Source of the DNA: Salisapilia sapeloensis CBS 127946
Taxonomy: Eukaryota > Protista > Oomycota
Direction: 5' to 3'
Length of the DNA stretch: 64,000 nucleotides
Assembly: GCA_023334545.1 (NCBI GenBank)
Contig: JAADVB010000038.1
Span: 38,952 to 102,951 of the forward strand
Shown: positions 63,789 through 64,000 of the stretch, piece after piece
Position numbering within the stretch: position 1 is the stretch's first letter
How the letters are laid out: every line of letters starts with the position of its first letter
Notes under the pieces: model-generated
Told to the model about the DNA's origin: nothing
Databases searched by the model: none
The model's input: only the letters and a program-made list of their open reading frames with translations
Position numbers and translations under genes: made by a program

Positions 63789-64000
63789 CACTATTCTGCC
63801 CTCTGACATGAGCGCCGGAAGGATGAAAGACGTACTCGTGCAGTCATCGATCTACGCGTGGGCGTCCATCTCCCCTGCTCGAACCATTGTGCGTGCGCTC
63901 CTACAGACTTCAAGTCGAAGCGGGCTTGAAAGGACGTACGGGGTTTTCAACGAGCTCTCCTGCGGCAATGAATCACATGTAGAGCCTCTAGACCATGCCA
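63789..64000 (+). CDS. Possible 5' fragment of an unidentified gene running off the window
   Basis: ATG-initiated frame MSAGRMKDVLVQSSIYAW... is open to the window end and contains candidate GT-AG intron signals. No recognisable motif. Confidence 0.2.

Noticed and set aside
63433-63811. 96-aa minus and 67-aa plus ORFs after CFAP43
   Set aside because: AT-rich intergenic composition with no motifs.
1-64000. Transposons, rRNA/tRNA genes, CRISPR arrays, RxLR/CRN effectors
   Set aside because: No transposase/RT motifs, TIRs or LTRs, RNA-gene signatures, spaced repeat arrays, or signal-peptide + RxLR/LFLAK motifs were seen.

Overview
Gene-dense eukaryotic DNA, most likely an oomycete (stramenopile) with a flagellated stage. 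Support: short 46-70 nt GT-AG introns (mostly GTACG donors, CTAA-type branch points), an Inr/FPR-like promoter at 49456, a member of an oomycete-type multi-TM family, and axonemal genes (CFAP43, an ODF3/STPG-repeat protein). About 23 spliced genes are packed with very short intergenic gaps: DnaJ-like/FYVE/PX coiled-coil protein, KDSR-like SDR, multi-TM protein, Cramped/TKI1-like protein, STPG protein, ATP10, Kelch-TM-RING-H2 ligase, DUF4495/KIAA0825-like protein, two tandem DEK_C-SWIB-SWIB (UAF30-like) paralogues, MARCH6/Doa10, class II CPD photolyase, MYND-multi-PDZ protein, kinesin, STOML2, TPR-GT41 glycosyltransferase, SAM protein, UTP20, MSH2, a Sld3/Treslin-like candidate, FAM192A, URB1 and CFAP43. 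I saw no rRNA, tRNA, CRISPR array or recognisable transposon. Best leads: an MSH2 that appears to lack mismatch-binding domain I; an OGT/SEC-type GT41 with an N-terminal secretory signal; a KDSR-like SDR without its catalytic YxxxK; a receptor-like Kelch-TM-RING E3; a CDK-site/KEN-box Sld3/Treslin candidate; and a tandem duplication with a near-identical 176-bp patch and a CpG-type mutation signature. All family calls come from motif recognition by eye, not database searches. Intron positions were inferred manually.
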